This document shows, one piece after another, positions 33,740 to 46,948 of a DNA stretch of 64,000 bases. Made by a program: the position numbers and the translations under genes. Below the pieces are notes generated by a model, which was not told the origin of the DNA, made no database searches, and saw only the letters and a program-made list of their open reading frames with translations. Source of the stretch: Asterias rubens (lineage: Eukaryota); NCBI RefSeq assembly GCF_902459465.1, contig NC_047070.1, forward strand, positions 15,562,001-15,626,000, given 5' to 3'. The first letter of the stretch is position 1. Every line of letters starts with the position of its first letter.

Positions 33740-36700
33740 TGTGCCTATCTTAATTTTTGCTTAGCAAAGAGATTTGTCATGCAGAATTTTCTGCTACATG
33801 GCTTTATGAAGTTTGGCCCTGTGCCTTATTTCAAATAGAGCTGCGCATTAAGCGCAAAACATAGATGCACAACAAATTCACGCTTACAAGAAAATATGGC
33901 AGTTTAAGTGTCACAAGTTTGATCTAGGACTGGCGTCATGCTTAGCAGTTAAACGACATTCTGCGAGTTGCGCTCTGTGAAATTTAACGTGAAACCGAAG
34001 CAAACAGGACAAAATCTTGTACTTTTGTCCGGCAGCGTCAAGACATCAGTTTACTTACAGATGCAACCTAAAATCGTGGACAGTGTGAACAGTTTTATTT
34101 TAGCGCCTTTCTCATTATGAACAACACTGGTAAACTATAACCCAGAGATTGACATTAAATCGTCACGCATATTATTGTGTATTATAATTACGCGCAGGTT
34201 CTGTTATTTTCATACGATGTTTAGTAACGGGATGCACACAAAAAACCTATATACGATTATAGAGATCCGAGGAAATTAATAAAGACATCCCACCGTAGAG
34301 ACTTCGCGCAATCTCGTGTCTTAACTGGGAATCCGGCAACATCAATAGCCAAACGGAACCGAGGAGAACGAAAAGCGATAAAAATCCACCCCCTGAAAAA
34401 CAGGGCTGGGAATAAAGGGATGGACGCGTTTGATTGATTGCGGGCTAAATAAATATTGGCGCTGGACTCCAAGCTGCCTCGCCAATATAATGGTTAGAAA
34501 GTGACTAGTGACATGTGACTTTACAGTCATGTGGTCCGTGTGCTGTATTGAACTGCACAGGTTTAACCAAAACGGAAGTGTCTACTTCTGGGTACTCTTT
34601 CTGGGCCAGTTATAGGTTTCAATGCGAAAAGGTGATGTAGTTTAATGAAAGGCTTACTTCAAATGTGACTAATTGTGGGAGATTCTTCACCTGCACTTTT
34701 TTGCTTCTTACTGAAGAGGTCGACGTTTTTCTTGAGACTGTTATTAGGTTCGATAAGTGGTTAATAAAAGGCGACAATTTAAAGTCGAGACCGGCCTGTC
34801 AGTTTCAACCAAAAAAGTTAGAAGAGTCTCTGAATGCAGTGTGGATATGCCAGTCGATGCGTAAAAATAGAAAGGTCTTTGACTGCTAAATAGTTGCAGG
34901 TGTTCTGAGAACCCTCTCTCGCACACACCCACAACCATCCCTCTCCTCATCCTTCCATCGTCCTTTCTGGAAACACCCAAATTAACCCAGTGAAATAAAC
35001 CCTAATTTAACTGAAAATGTAACAGGTTTGAAGGCGTAATTGAAATAAATTTATAATATGTCTGAAGCTAGAAAGTTTGTTAACCCATAAAAAGTTTGTT
35101 AACCCATACCGTCACCTTGCACCACAGAAAGAGAATGTGTTTTCTTTGGTATTTATCACAACCCTTATCGCAATATGCTTCTGTCTTAGTAATGCCATCT
35201 CGCGTTTCTCCCAGTCAGCAACCAAAGCAAAGCAGGGGTGTCTTTACACTCAAGGGGCAACTGTTTTCAAATCCTCCAATATGTTGCTGTTTTGCTTTGC
35301 TCCATAGGCCTACCCGTTTGTTAAAATGAACTTCTGCTAATATAATTATACTGGTGTTATTTTAAAGCCCATGATGTTAACTTTGATTCTCTATTCGGTG
35401 TCTATAATTCTGACCACACCACTGGTGTAATTTTAACACCCCCGCAGTGGCCTTTTTATAGTCATAAGTGCCAATAATCCGAAGGCAACATAGGCCTAGA
35501 ATGGAAACAGAAATTGCATTGGCACTGTTGAACTTAAACAAAATACGGTTTCGTCGACAACAACGCAAATGGAAGAAAAACAAGATGTCCGCCGCGCTGT
35601 AATGATAAAACAATGTCTAAAGGCCGTGTCCGAATTGGCAACTGTGGCTGTTTAGTATAGTTCTATGCCCCCCCCCCCCCCCCAATAGTTCAACATAAAT
35701 CGGCATTCACATCCCGACCGCCTACTATGGACACGGGTTAACCATGGAGAAAGAGCTTTTAACAATGTACAATTCGTAACGAAATAATTTTCGTTCAGTG
35801 GGGTTTTAATTCAACTAAAATGAAACCACTTCACATCAATATTATGATACACAGAATGACTGCATATTTTTGGGAAACAACAAGAAATTCACATTGAACT
35901 TTTAAAATAGGTCAAAATTGTATCTATTATACGCAGGAAATGTACGAGTTGCGCAGTAAAGTCGAAAAGTATCGTATAGTCAAAGTCTGCTAAGTTAAAT
36001 CTACATGTGCAATTATTTCTATGGGACGTTAAACAATAAAAAGCGACAGAAAATGTGTTGTTTTACTGGGTACTCTAAAGATTAAATTATAAATTTTAAA
36101 GTGTGGACTTCTTATAGAAAGTTCACCTGTCTCATACAGCCGGTTTGTCCCCTCTAAAATTCCACAAGAGTGTGCTCTTGTTAACATATATTTGATTTAT
36201 TGTTTGTTTTGGGGCCATTTGCGTGCAGTTTTGCAGCTGATTTTCAAAAGTTAATTTAACTAAATCTAAAATAACATTTTTATTTACATTTTTTTTATTT
36301 TTAAAGTCTGTCGTAGCAGTCACATTATTGTACTATAATATTGGCTAAAATTGCTGAGAATTTGAATCTAAATATATATATATTAAAAGTGAACGACTGT
36401 CAACTATATATTCAGAAAATAAATATTGTTTTTGCTGTTTATTTCGCTCAAGATGAACATCGATATGGCTATAATTGCAACTGTGATCCTGACATTTCGA
36501 AAGATAATAAAATATGACGCAATGCAAGAAAGAATCTTGTCAAAAGCTCAAAGTTTAGCCCACCCAAAAATTGTGTAATATTATTTGTAAGTGCTAGAAA
36601 GCATTAAGACATTAACAACACCATGTTTTTTTTAAAGAAACTGAAAATTGTAATTTATTTTTTGGTAAGAGCACATTTTATTTGTCTCATTAAAAGTAAC

Positions 36701-37230
36701 TGCATCCGTCCCCTGTTTGTTTATCTGATCTTTCCCCATTTGAAGTTCCGTTTACTTGCATCAGAAAGATGTACACAAACTAAATTGCTCTTTAGTCCCA
36801 ATGTCGGTACCGCTGTGTATTTAAATAGTTTTTAAATTTACGATTAATTTCAAAGAATACCAAACGGTTTAATTAACATTTCTAAGAAAGCAATCTGAAT
36901 AAAATACCAAAATTAATGAGGATATCTTCAAAGCTTCTCTTAACCTACAATGCAGCGTGATACAGTTAGTTACGTGTCCCAAAGATTATTATCATCCACA
37001 AAAATAGGGGTTTGTTTTGTGACCAAACCGAGCCTGGCTATAATAATGGTCTGGTGCCCCTATAAAAGTATGGTGTCCTGTGTCTATACGTGAGCATATT
37101 CAGAAATTCACCAAGATTGTCACAACATAAAGGACCGCAACATTGTGTCCGTGAAGGTGTCACAAGTGACCATATCACATTGCATTGTGGGTGAAAATTA
37201 TCAACAAAGTTGAGGGAGTGGTAACTGGGT

Positions 37231-37337
37231 TCATGGTTGACGCAAGAGGGCGTCCAGAAGCCTCTCTTTGAGTCTGTTTTTGAGGTCTCTCTGTTCTGTA
37301 TCGGTTTCTCTGCACGCTACGTCTAAAGAGCAGCTTC
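37231..37337 (-). CDS. asterotocin: Asterotocin precursor coding exon 3
   Basis: Acceptor TATACAG|; (R)SCSLDVACRETDTEQRDLKNRLKERLLDALLRQP*. Too short for the ORF track. Confidence 0.93.
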
Positions 37338-40300
37338 CTGTATACATAACACAAAGAGAAAATGACAATAGATTAATATTTATCAAAGGTTAGGGGTTGG
37401 GCTAAATAGGTTTCTACAATTATTTTTTTCCCAAGTGCATCTTTTGAAACTTACAAGTGAATTGGGTGATCTTTCAGTTGATATAATTAAACCCAATATT
37501 TTGTTTTTCGTTTATACTAAAGCGTGATATTGTATCGCTAAAACAAAAGTTCCAGATGAATTCAACCATGGGAACGTTTTGAAACAACCACGAAAAAGAG
37601 AAAACAAATCAGTTGAAATCACGATGTGCTCAGCGTTGAAAAAACTAATGTTGAACTGTTTAATCAGTAACAATTTTACTTAAAATCTAGAGCTGGAGGT
37701 AAATTCACTAATTTGTAATCACATTTAATTTTAAAGATTGTTTTCTAGCTGCAAACTGGCATACACCCTTTTTACCTCTTCAATTCATGTGGGAAAAAAA
37801 TGACTCAGAACATGATGTAGAAATATTTGTTTAATATATCCAGAGCTCTCTGGGAATTAAAATAAATCCATAGCATTCTGAATCAATTAAGGAAGGAAAT
37901 GCTTTACACTAACAATTCTTTTAAACGTCCCATGTTGGGATATGATTTATTATGAGGCAAGCTTTGTATATCTCTTATCAAATAGTCATTTGTTGTTTTA
38001 GGGTTATGCTTGATTATCGACAGGAAATCGTCCTGATCGGACGGCTTTGTAGAACCAATACTCCCCGGTATTTCACAGCCGAGCACATATTGATTTATAA
38101 CATAAACTCAGATGACGAGAAGTAATGATTGTGTTGTTTTAAAATATTGTTTAAATCGTAAGGAAAACAATCCATGAGTGGAAAAAAAGAGATGCATAAT
38201 GGAATAGAAGTATTATGGAGAGGTCTTTGGGAGTTTTCATTTCACCAAATTGACCTTTGAAGAGCAGTTCTGGGTTTAATGTATCTGTATTTGGCCATAT
38301 CCTTTTCGCCGTGGGTTCTATTGGATCGGTTTTGGGTCCCATTTTTGAAAAACTCAAACAGTTCATCAAGAGTAGGACTATTGTATAAAGTTGTAACTGA
38401 ATAACGGATTGTTTTACACACTTTACTGGAGATTTTGAATGACAAAAATTCTTTCAAACATGAGCCCGATTCCAGATAAAAGGAAGCCTAGTTGTATGTT
38501 TTAAATTTACTATAGTGAATACATCTGTATAATACTTAAGACTGTATTTATTACTTTCTGTTTGTTAATCAGTTTACAAAAGCCATAAACTTCCATAACT
38601 GAAAAATTAGTGACACGCAACACTGATATTCATGTAAATAGAATCACAGAGTGGAAAGTTCAAGGCACTGGACACGTTTGATAATTACTCAGAATATTAG
38701 CATAAAAACTTACTAAGTAACAAGCAACGGAGAGCTGGCTATAGTATAAAACATTGTGAGAAACGACTCACTCTGAAGTAACGTGGGTTTTGAGATAGAG
38801 GTAAATTTTCACTAAACTATTTGAATCTGAGAAAGGCTTCGGGCCTACTGCCCGAAGCTTTTCTTGGGCATCTGAAAGCCCAAAAATATGTGCAGCAATC
38901 TGTTCTTCTTCTTTTTTGCAACTTCGACGACCAATTGAGACACAATTTTCACAGATTGGTTATTTTTTGCATACATGTTGTTGGGATACACCAAGTGATA
39001 CTATAGTCTTTGACAATAATTACTAAATGTGTCCAGTGCCTATTTTTTAAGAAATGAAATAGCCATCTTACTCTCATTGCAACAGAAGCCGTTTGAAACA
39101 CATTTCCCGTCAGTAATAGATTCACATGTCTCTCCAACAACCTCACAAGGTGTGGAGAGCTGACTTTCTTCTCTGCACACGAAGGTTTCTTTTGTCCCGA
39201 GAAAACAGCCGAAAGTATTGCCGCAGCATATAGCTGAACCTACACATTGTCCCAAACCACCAGGGCCGCAGGATAGGCACTGCAGGGGAGAGAGGGAGAA
39301 AAAACCCGACAAGTTTTATCATATGCTCATTGAAAGATTACAAATTAACAGTAAATAAATAGTTCACTCGCAGGTAGTTCCTGTAAAATAAAACCTCCAA
39401 ACGTCCGGGATCAATATTGGGAAGATCTCCCTCTGAGCACATTACCATGTTTTAAATATGTTTTGGTGGAGTGTTTGCCTTGAAAAACAAACGGTGTGGT
39501 CCCGACGTTTCGAACAGTATACTCTGCTCGTCTTCAGGAGTACATTGTCATATTGTAATTTTCGATTTTGTTGTCAGTGTCAAGAGTTGTAATCGAATAC
39601 TTAGTGTAGTTTGTTAATATTTGATACTGTCGTATTCTTGGGTTTTCTTCGTTAATTTATTGAATTGAAGTAATTTGCAATACTGTTAAAATCTACTTTC
39701 TTAAGAACATTATGTTTTTTTTTACGTATTTTCAGAAACAAGATCACGCGCGCCTAAAACTCAACACGGTTGGGACCAACTTGGTCCCGGAAGGATCGAA
39801 TGCGCGACTAATGGATTACTTTAATTTAACTTCAGAAAAGATAAAAAGACTTAACGTATTATTATTTGGTTTCTCCTTTACTTCAGGTAAACATACAATA
39901 CAGAGGATGCTTCTTATACGGAAAGATTTTCATCCAAGAAAACTATTTAAGGTCAGTGCATTGGTCATGCCATATAAGTGCTTAAATTCTCCTACACTTG
40001 ATAATAGTACTAAAATTAATGCCATACAATTAGTTGCCAACTCCAACAGCTCACTGTTTTGGTCAATATCAAGAAGAAGTTAAATGCTTCTATGGTGTCT
40101 TAAATTACACGCCAGGTGGTGTCAGTTTTCTCTAAGTCCAACATCACGAGCAAAGGAAATTAAGTTGACTGAAGAGTCGCAGAGGACACGTTAAGTCGGT
40201 TTAGTACCCTCATTCATAATTGAGGTACATTTGGGAAGACTGTGGATGATAGACACTCGATTAATGGATTGGTGTCTATTTTAGAATCTCCCATCTTACG

Positions 40301-43300
40301 TCTAGTGTCTGGAGAGTACTATGGTATCCTTTAGTGACGCCACAGACGATGAAATTAAACCAAGATGTCATTCTCAGAATACGTCTTATGAAAATTAAAC
40401 ATTGTGTAGTCTTGTCTTCATCGTTTTGTACCATGGGAGGGTTGTTCAAAGTCTTCTCAAAAGTGTCTGCAGCGAACGGCACATTTATATATGTACTGTG
40501 TGTGGAGTCTCCGTGTCAAAAATCATTATCTAAATTATATTTTTTAGAAAGCTTCTTGTCTTTTTGTTTTAAAGAGGAGCAACCATGCTGATCACAAACA
40601 CATGTCCCGATGGTGTTGATTGCATAAACAGGTGTAATGATAATATATATAAAATATTAAAATGTAATTGCAACAGGTATTCAATGCACAATTATTACGA
40701 CCGCGGTGAACTCTTCAAGGTTGGTGTGTTTGTACAGCCGTTCGGCTACTTGTAGTATGGAATCACTTATACATTTTTATCGAACGTAAAAACGTATCTT
40801 GTCATTAATCATTCAATATTGACAGCATTTTTTTCAATGTGCGTTTTTTCCAATCGACAAAACCGCCCTACCTGTCATGTTTTCAAAAACATAATATTAT
40901 TTTTCGATTCCTCTCCAGTTTAGTCCTGTAAAAACATTTCATATAAAGGGTTGGTTTTAGTTTTACATTCGCGGACTGTAGCTCCCAGCCCTTTCCACTG
41001 TTTGCATACCAACGAGTGAAACTCCCATTGGCAAAGCTATTTTCATGGAAAGATATGAGCAAATACCTTGGCATAAGTAATCATTATTTATAACACATTA
41101 AGGGTGTCAGGTCATTTATCACATAACGTATTAGAATGGATACCTCCCAGTGTTTGTTAAAAGAAAACTGAAGGATAAAATGTAGAAGAATTTTAACTTC
41201 GCTAAAGGCGTTGAATATCCAATTAGAAACTGCGGGTAGTCGTCTAGCCCTTGGAGGGCCTCGAAGAAAGTTCAAATAATTCTGATAGAAAGCCAATATT
41301 AACACCTTCAAGACGTTTGCTCTGCATCTTTTAAAGTTGAAGTTTTATTCATCATTCCATCATCCCCCCCCCTCCCTTCCCCTTCCAACTGAGTGATGAT
41401 TGGCTGTCCTTGTACACTTGTTCATGGATGATTTTATTTCCTCCCGGTGAAAAATTCGATTTTATTTTCGACGGGGAAGTGGAAGAGAAGTGGACACAAT
41501 GCTTGGATGGTTTTGACTTTGAAGTCAAATGTATCGAAATAATTGGCGTTCCAACCATGAGTTATGAAAACTGTATAAATAGACCAGGAGCCCGCCTCTT
41601 CAAAAATGCATTATTGTTTTGATTTTTCCAGTACAATTACTCTTTTTTGACATACCCCCCCCCACCCCCGTTTTGCACGTACACTTTACTTCTTCTTTTC
41701 TGCGTTAGAAGGAAATATCTGTACAAGATCGTCTCTGACCTTGTTTTTAGTTGTTGAATTTACTCAAAGCTAGTATAACCACAGACTGATATTATTTTTC
41801 AAAATAAAAAGTCCCTTTGTTTTATCTTACTTAGAAAATATGTAGCCTTAGCAGTGGATTTGTATGTACAGGGAAAATGTAAATACAAATTTTTGTTTCC
41901 AAGGTCTGAAATATCTGTACAAGATCGTCTCTGACCTTGTTTTTAGTTGTTGAATTTACTCAAAGCTAGTATAACCACAGACTGATATTATTTTTCAAAA
42001 TAAAAAGTCCCTTTGTTTTATCTTACTTAGAAAATATGTAGCCTTGGCAGTGGATTTGTATGTACAGGGAAAATGTAAATACAAATTTTTTTTTCCAAGG
42101 TCTGAAATATCTGTACAAGATCGTCTCTGACCTTGTTTTTAGTTGTTGAATTTACTCAAAGCTAGTATAACCACAGACTGATATTATTTTTCAAAATAAA
42201 AAGTCCCTTTGTTTTATCTTACTTAGAAAATATGTAGCCTTGGCAGTGGATTTGTATGTACAGGGAAAATGTAAATACAAATTTTTGTTTCCAAGGTCTG
42301 AAGGAGATAACCTACATTTTTTATCTTTCACTGGAAGAGATTATTTTGTACAAAATAATCTCTTCCAGTGAAAGATAAAAAATGTAGGTTACCGCCTTCA
42401 GACCTTGGAAACAATCAAGGTTAAAACCGAATTTATGAAATTATAAATTCTTTATGTAAAAGAAGAATGTTAAGGTCGTTTGTCGTTTGGTTTATCCTTC
42501 TTAAGGGTTTTTTATGCCCCTCATATTATGAGGGACATAGATCTTAAAAGTAGTATGTGTAACAATGAGAAGAGATGATATCCCCATGATTTATGAAACC
42601 TCACATGACTAAAAGCTTTGCAAATTCGGAACAAATAAACATTGCCACTTTCATAATTTCTTAAACGATAAAGTAAGCTCAGTCATTCACCCCAGTCGTA
42701 GCCCAAAGCCAACCCCTTTGGGTAATTACATTAAAACGCAACATCCAACTCATCTAACAGCAACATCTCTATTCCATACAAAACAACAAAGTGTTTTGTT
42801 GTATTCCTCCCAAGATGTCTAAAGAAGTCAGAAACACTCAAGCATTATTTGTACGGGTGTGAAGTGACCATGTAGGCGTGCACTCTTAGGATCATTGTAA
42901 ATCTAATCGAAAACGAGAGCTCATTCTTCGATTATAAAAGTCTTGTGACGTCATTCACCAATGCATGTAGACCCAGATACCCCATGGAACAACTTTAGAC
43001 TTATGTATCTGACGCTAGGGTAGAATGTGATATTTCATACAACCCGCACCAAGGGCGACGTGCATGTAATCTGTTGTCTGTAAATTTAAATTCGAATTGC
43101 ATTTTCAAAAAGATATAGAGAAAAGAGAGGAGTAGCCTCTCTTCGTTGGTTAAAGTGCAGTTTTTTCATGTCATCACCGACAATGTTATGAAGATTTAAT
43201 CCTATTGACCCCTTTGATCGATCATCGTAGTATTTTCTTCCATCAAGTTAAATTTGTCGATATAAAACCTTCATAAGAGTCACTAGAAAGGTGGTAGTGA

Positions 43301-46300
43301 CCGTTTATTAAATTGTATCGACATAAAGTTCGTGCCATCTTTGCACGGAGTCAAATTGTTTCGCTGCATAACACAAATTTACACTTTACAAGCCGTTTAT
43401 ACAAATCGTCGCAAATATCGACGTGAGCAATTTCTGTTCGGTTCAAAATGATACGTCTCCAAAACAACTTATGCCAATTTTTTTTCTCCAGAAAACTTTA
43501 TAATTTGGCTTTTTCTCGTGGATGGCGATATTGCCACTTCTATAGTTGGCAACCGGCACTGGTGTCCTGCATTATTGCAATCGATTGGTTTCCCTGTCTT
43601 AATGTGTTAACTAGACAATCTCCACGTTGGCGTGAGAGTGTCTTAGATGACGCGAGCTGGCAAACAGGTCGGGACGGTCTCTTTACGTTGTCAGGTGTAC
43701 GCAATGAATGTCTCCCCTTATATCCGCCCCCATCACTGCACCTGCTTATATGCCGTATCATTACGTAGACCCCCATGCCCCCTTGAGATCGATAACGATG
43801 AAGGTTTGACAATATCTACACTTCCTGCAGGTAATAAACTTCACACTAGTGCTGGTAATAACCTAGAGTGACTTTACCACGGTGTCTTGATTTGTCTATA
43901 GCTTTCCAATTTAGACAATGGAATACTACTTGTTAAGACACTGAAGTAAATTTCTTTCTGGAAAACATGACCCTACAGTGGGCTATTCAGTCAATAACTC
44001 ATTCCTTTATACTTTTTACACATTAATTTTGATAGGCCAATTAAGTTCAATTTTCTTAAAAGAGCATATTTTTTCTCACTTTAAAACTGTTATCACATAT
44101 CATTAATAAACAGAGACATAGAGCTCTAGTTGAAATTTGTCGTGCAATAGTTGAACTTCCTGATCACATTTTGCGATCCAATCTGATAGATCCAGTTCAG
44201 GCACCCCTCCTTAGATCTCTATAAATTACTAAGTTTTGGTACTTTTTGGATGCATCTTTAGTAAAGTATTTGGGATACGGTTTGCAAGGTCCCAAGAATG
44301 TTTCAGCCGATTTTCAAGATTTGAATTGCGCGATAAATCAGGCTTGTGTCTTGAAATTTATGGAAACTAATAAGATACTATTCACATTAAAGAACTCTCT
44401 CAAAATGAAGCGTGTTTTTCAACACCTTTAGGGGGGAAAACAACAAAAAACTAAATCTGTTTCAAGACACAAAGTTTTGGAAGAGGGCGTGTCTGTTCGC
44501 CACGAAACGTCAATGTTTGCATTCAAAAAGAGTGTTAGAATTAAACAAAATAGTTATATGGCTTGAGCTTCTTATTATTTTGACCCAGTTAATATCTGCC
44601 CCTTCCCCGTCTTAGGTTCCATCCTTTTTAGGAGGGGGGGGGGTGTTTCAATTACCCTTTATCCACCTGTATTCCATGCCGCACCTCAATCGATTACAGA
44701 TACTGAGATAAACAGCTTGCTTTCAGTCCAATTCAAGCATTACTTGATAAATGCCTACGTGACAGCATAAATACCACACCAATATTAGTCATCTTCATTC
44801 AGATCCGTGTGCAGTTACTCGCAGTTAGCTGTCGATTGTTTCGCAAATCCGGTTACCGACCATGTTCATCACAAGGGACTTGAAACTCTAACTGGTGAGA
44901 CTCAAGATAGACCGGAACCAACCAGTCCGGGTATTTGATGAGGAGAATGAAATAGTGTCACCCTGAGACAGTTTTCTGTCACCTTGGCAATTGTGATGTC
45001 GTCTTGCTCACTGCTCCTTGGAGGTATTGTCTTGAAGGAGTACGTGTGAATCGTCTTAGAGGAAATGAGCTAAAAACGTACCGAGTGGATTGTTTTGTAG
45101 TATTGGTTCTGTCCGTCTTTTGTAAACGGAGCACTCCAGTTTTATCTCCTTATGTCTTGGGGTTATTTATTGTTTTCTCACTGATCCTAAAGTGCACATG
45201 AATAGTGTTAAAATGCTCGTGGCATTAAATTCTCTCATCAATGATGAAACTTAAAATAAGATATCGACAAACCATTTGGTGGGAGTCTTAAGAAAGACCT
45301 GACGTCGCAAAAACAATCATGTGCGAGCAGTAGCACTTGACGCGTTAAATAATTATAATCACTCCTACTTCTAAATCATTTTAAAGAAGAGTTGATCTAT
45401 TTGCAAGTATTCAAGGTGCTTTGTTGACAAGACAGCTGAGTAAACAGAGTCCAGATCTATACATATTTGTCTCTGGTTTTAATTTGTACACGTATCGTAA
45501 TCCGACCTGTCCGTGTGGTTCAGTGCAGGTTTGACTCAAGAACAAGTTCTCATCCAGCGTCAAATTCTGTCCCTTGTGAGTGAAAGGCAAATAAAGTGAC
45601 AGCACGGTCAAATATTGCCTCTTCTTTTAATAAAGAAGGACCCCAATGGGACAAAAAGAAGGAATGAAACAGGAAGGCGTTCCAAGAAAGGTTTTAAGAT
45701 AGCTAATTGAGTTGAGTGGATCTGTAAATGAAGACAAATTTATACTATTTTGGAGTGACGCAGGCATGAAACAATATCATGTCTTCCACCACACTGTAAA
45801 AACAGTGTTTGGAATTTCAACACATGTCTAATCCAAGTTTTGTACTCACTTGTATACATGATATCCCAAAATTCTTTAGATCATCGTGTGTGCTTGAATT
45901 CTACACAAAAAAAATTTGCAAGGTGTCTGACACCTCATTTTGGAACTGTTTGTCCTTTAAACATGTTTAAAAAGTTGGTACACCATTTGTGTTAGAACTC
46001 TTAACAGAGTTTACAATGCAGCTTGGATTTTAACCTTAGATTTTGACTGAATTGAAAACTGTTCCCTGAAGTTTCGTTCCATAAACAAACAACAATTCGT
46101 ACATATAACTGTTGGTTCACAAACGATTCAAACAACCCATGCTTATACAAAAAAAACTAAGTGTATTTCGCTCAAAGGCAGTGGACACTATTGGTAATTG
46201 TCAAAGACCACTCTTCTCACTTGGTGTATCTCAACATATGCATAAAATAGCTAACCTGTGAAAATTTGAACTCGATAGGTCTTCGGAGTTGCGAGATAAC

Positions 46301-46948
46301 TATGATAGAAAAAACACCCTTGTCACACGAAGTTGTGTGCTTTCAGATGCTTGATTTCGAGACCTCAAATTCTAAACTTGAGGTCTCGAAATCAAATTCG
46401 TGGAAAATTGCTTCTTTCTCGACAACTACGTCACTTCAGAGGGAGCCGTTACAATGATTTTTACTATTACCCTCTCCCCGTTACCAAGTGAGGTTTTATG
46501 CTGATAATTATTTTGAGTAATTACCAATAGTGTCCAGTGCCTTTATAGAAATTCTAAGATTGAAATAAATTCCAATGCTTTATTGTAAATAATTAGAAGG
46601 AAAAATTTTACAACATTTATTGGGGACCCGGCATTGCCTGACCCGGCAATGGCCAGCAATGGGTTAGTTTGACCCGACAACGAGTCAGCCTGAACCGTTA
46701 ATGAGTCCATGCAGAATGATTGAACCCGGGTTAGTTTGGACCCGACCCGGGAATTTAATAGTGTAGTTAGAGTCTCAGGCAGTATGGGTTTTGGGGTCGT
46801 TATAGGGGTGTCTACTCACCTGTCTGATTGTGTTATAACTGGACCTCTTTCCTCCTTCCGGACAGTCTTGAACTAAACATGCTTGACTTTGAACCCACAG
46901 TGCGACCAGTACCCCAGTCCACAGCGCCACCATTGACTTCATGCCCAT
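37231..46948 (-). CDS. asterotocin: Asterotocin (vasopressin/oxytocin-type) neuropeptide-neurophysin precursor, 147 aa, whole CDS
   Basis: join(46948-46820, 39279-39072, 37337-37231): 23-aa signal peptide, CLVQDCPEG, GKR, 14-Cys neurophysin and a C-terminal tail. GT-AG introns of phase 0 and 1. Confidence 0.97.
38659..39041. mobile_element. Diverged TTAA-AGG MITE ending ~30 bp from the asterotocin exon 2 donor
   Basis: AAGGCACTGGACAC...GTGTCCAGTGCCT ends. Confidence 0.75.
39072..39279 (-). CDS. asterotocin: Asterotocin precursor coding exon 2 (neurophysin core)
   Basis: CCCCTGCAG|CLSCGPGGLGQCVGSAICCG...KCVSNGFCCNE A|GTAAGA. Confidence 0.97.
39500..39541 (-). ncRNA. Minimal type-I hammerhead ribozyme motif (Penelope-like repeat unit, ~39436-39541)
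   Basis: CTC-CTGAAGA-C-GAGCAG agtata CTGTTC-GAAA-C-GTC-GGG: intact core, stem II, palindromic ACGT stem III and a GUC cleavage triplet. Confidence 0.6.
41712..42302. repeat. 196-bp tandem repeat x3, near-identical
   Basis: Unit starts at 41712, 41908 and 42104; only 1-2 differences between units. Confidence 0.95.
42285..42414. repeat. 130-bp spacerless palindrome (84-bp perfect core)
   Basis: Centre TTTTGT|ACAAAA at 42349/42350; perfect over 42308-42391, with 2 mismatches in the outer arms. Confidence 0.95.
46172..46545. mobile_element. TTAA-AGG MITE, full length
   Basis: Both TIRs and the internal hairpin are present. Confidence 0.85.
46820..46948 (-). CDS. asterotocin: Asterotocin precursor coding exon 1 (signal peptide + nonapeptide + GKR)
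   Basis: MGMKSMVALWTGVLVALWVQSQA-CLVQDCPEG-GKR-SSYNTIRQ|GTGAGT. Upstream acceptor TTTTCTTTAACAG| at 46968-46969 with a CTAAC branch-like motif. Confidence 0.97.
46853..46879 (-). other. Mature asterotocin nonapeptide CLVQDCPEG(-NH2)
   Basis: Cys1/Cys6/Pro7/Gly9 VP/OT pattern, followed by the amidation/cleavage signal GKR (46852-46844). Confidence 0.97.

Noticed and set aside
33202-33764. Cluster of overlapping ORFs on both strands
   Set aside because: Produced by the palindromic tandem units of the 466-bp element.
43540-43812. ORF with RSQGGMGVYVMIR, resembling a LINE endonuclease GGGV motif
   Set aside because: A single weak motif; no other APE or RT motifs in neighbouring frames.
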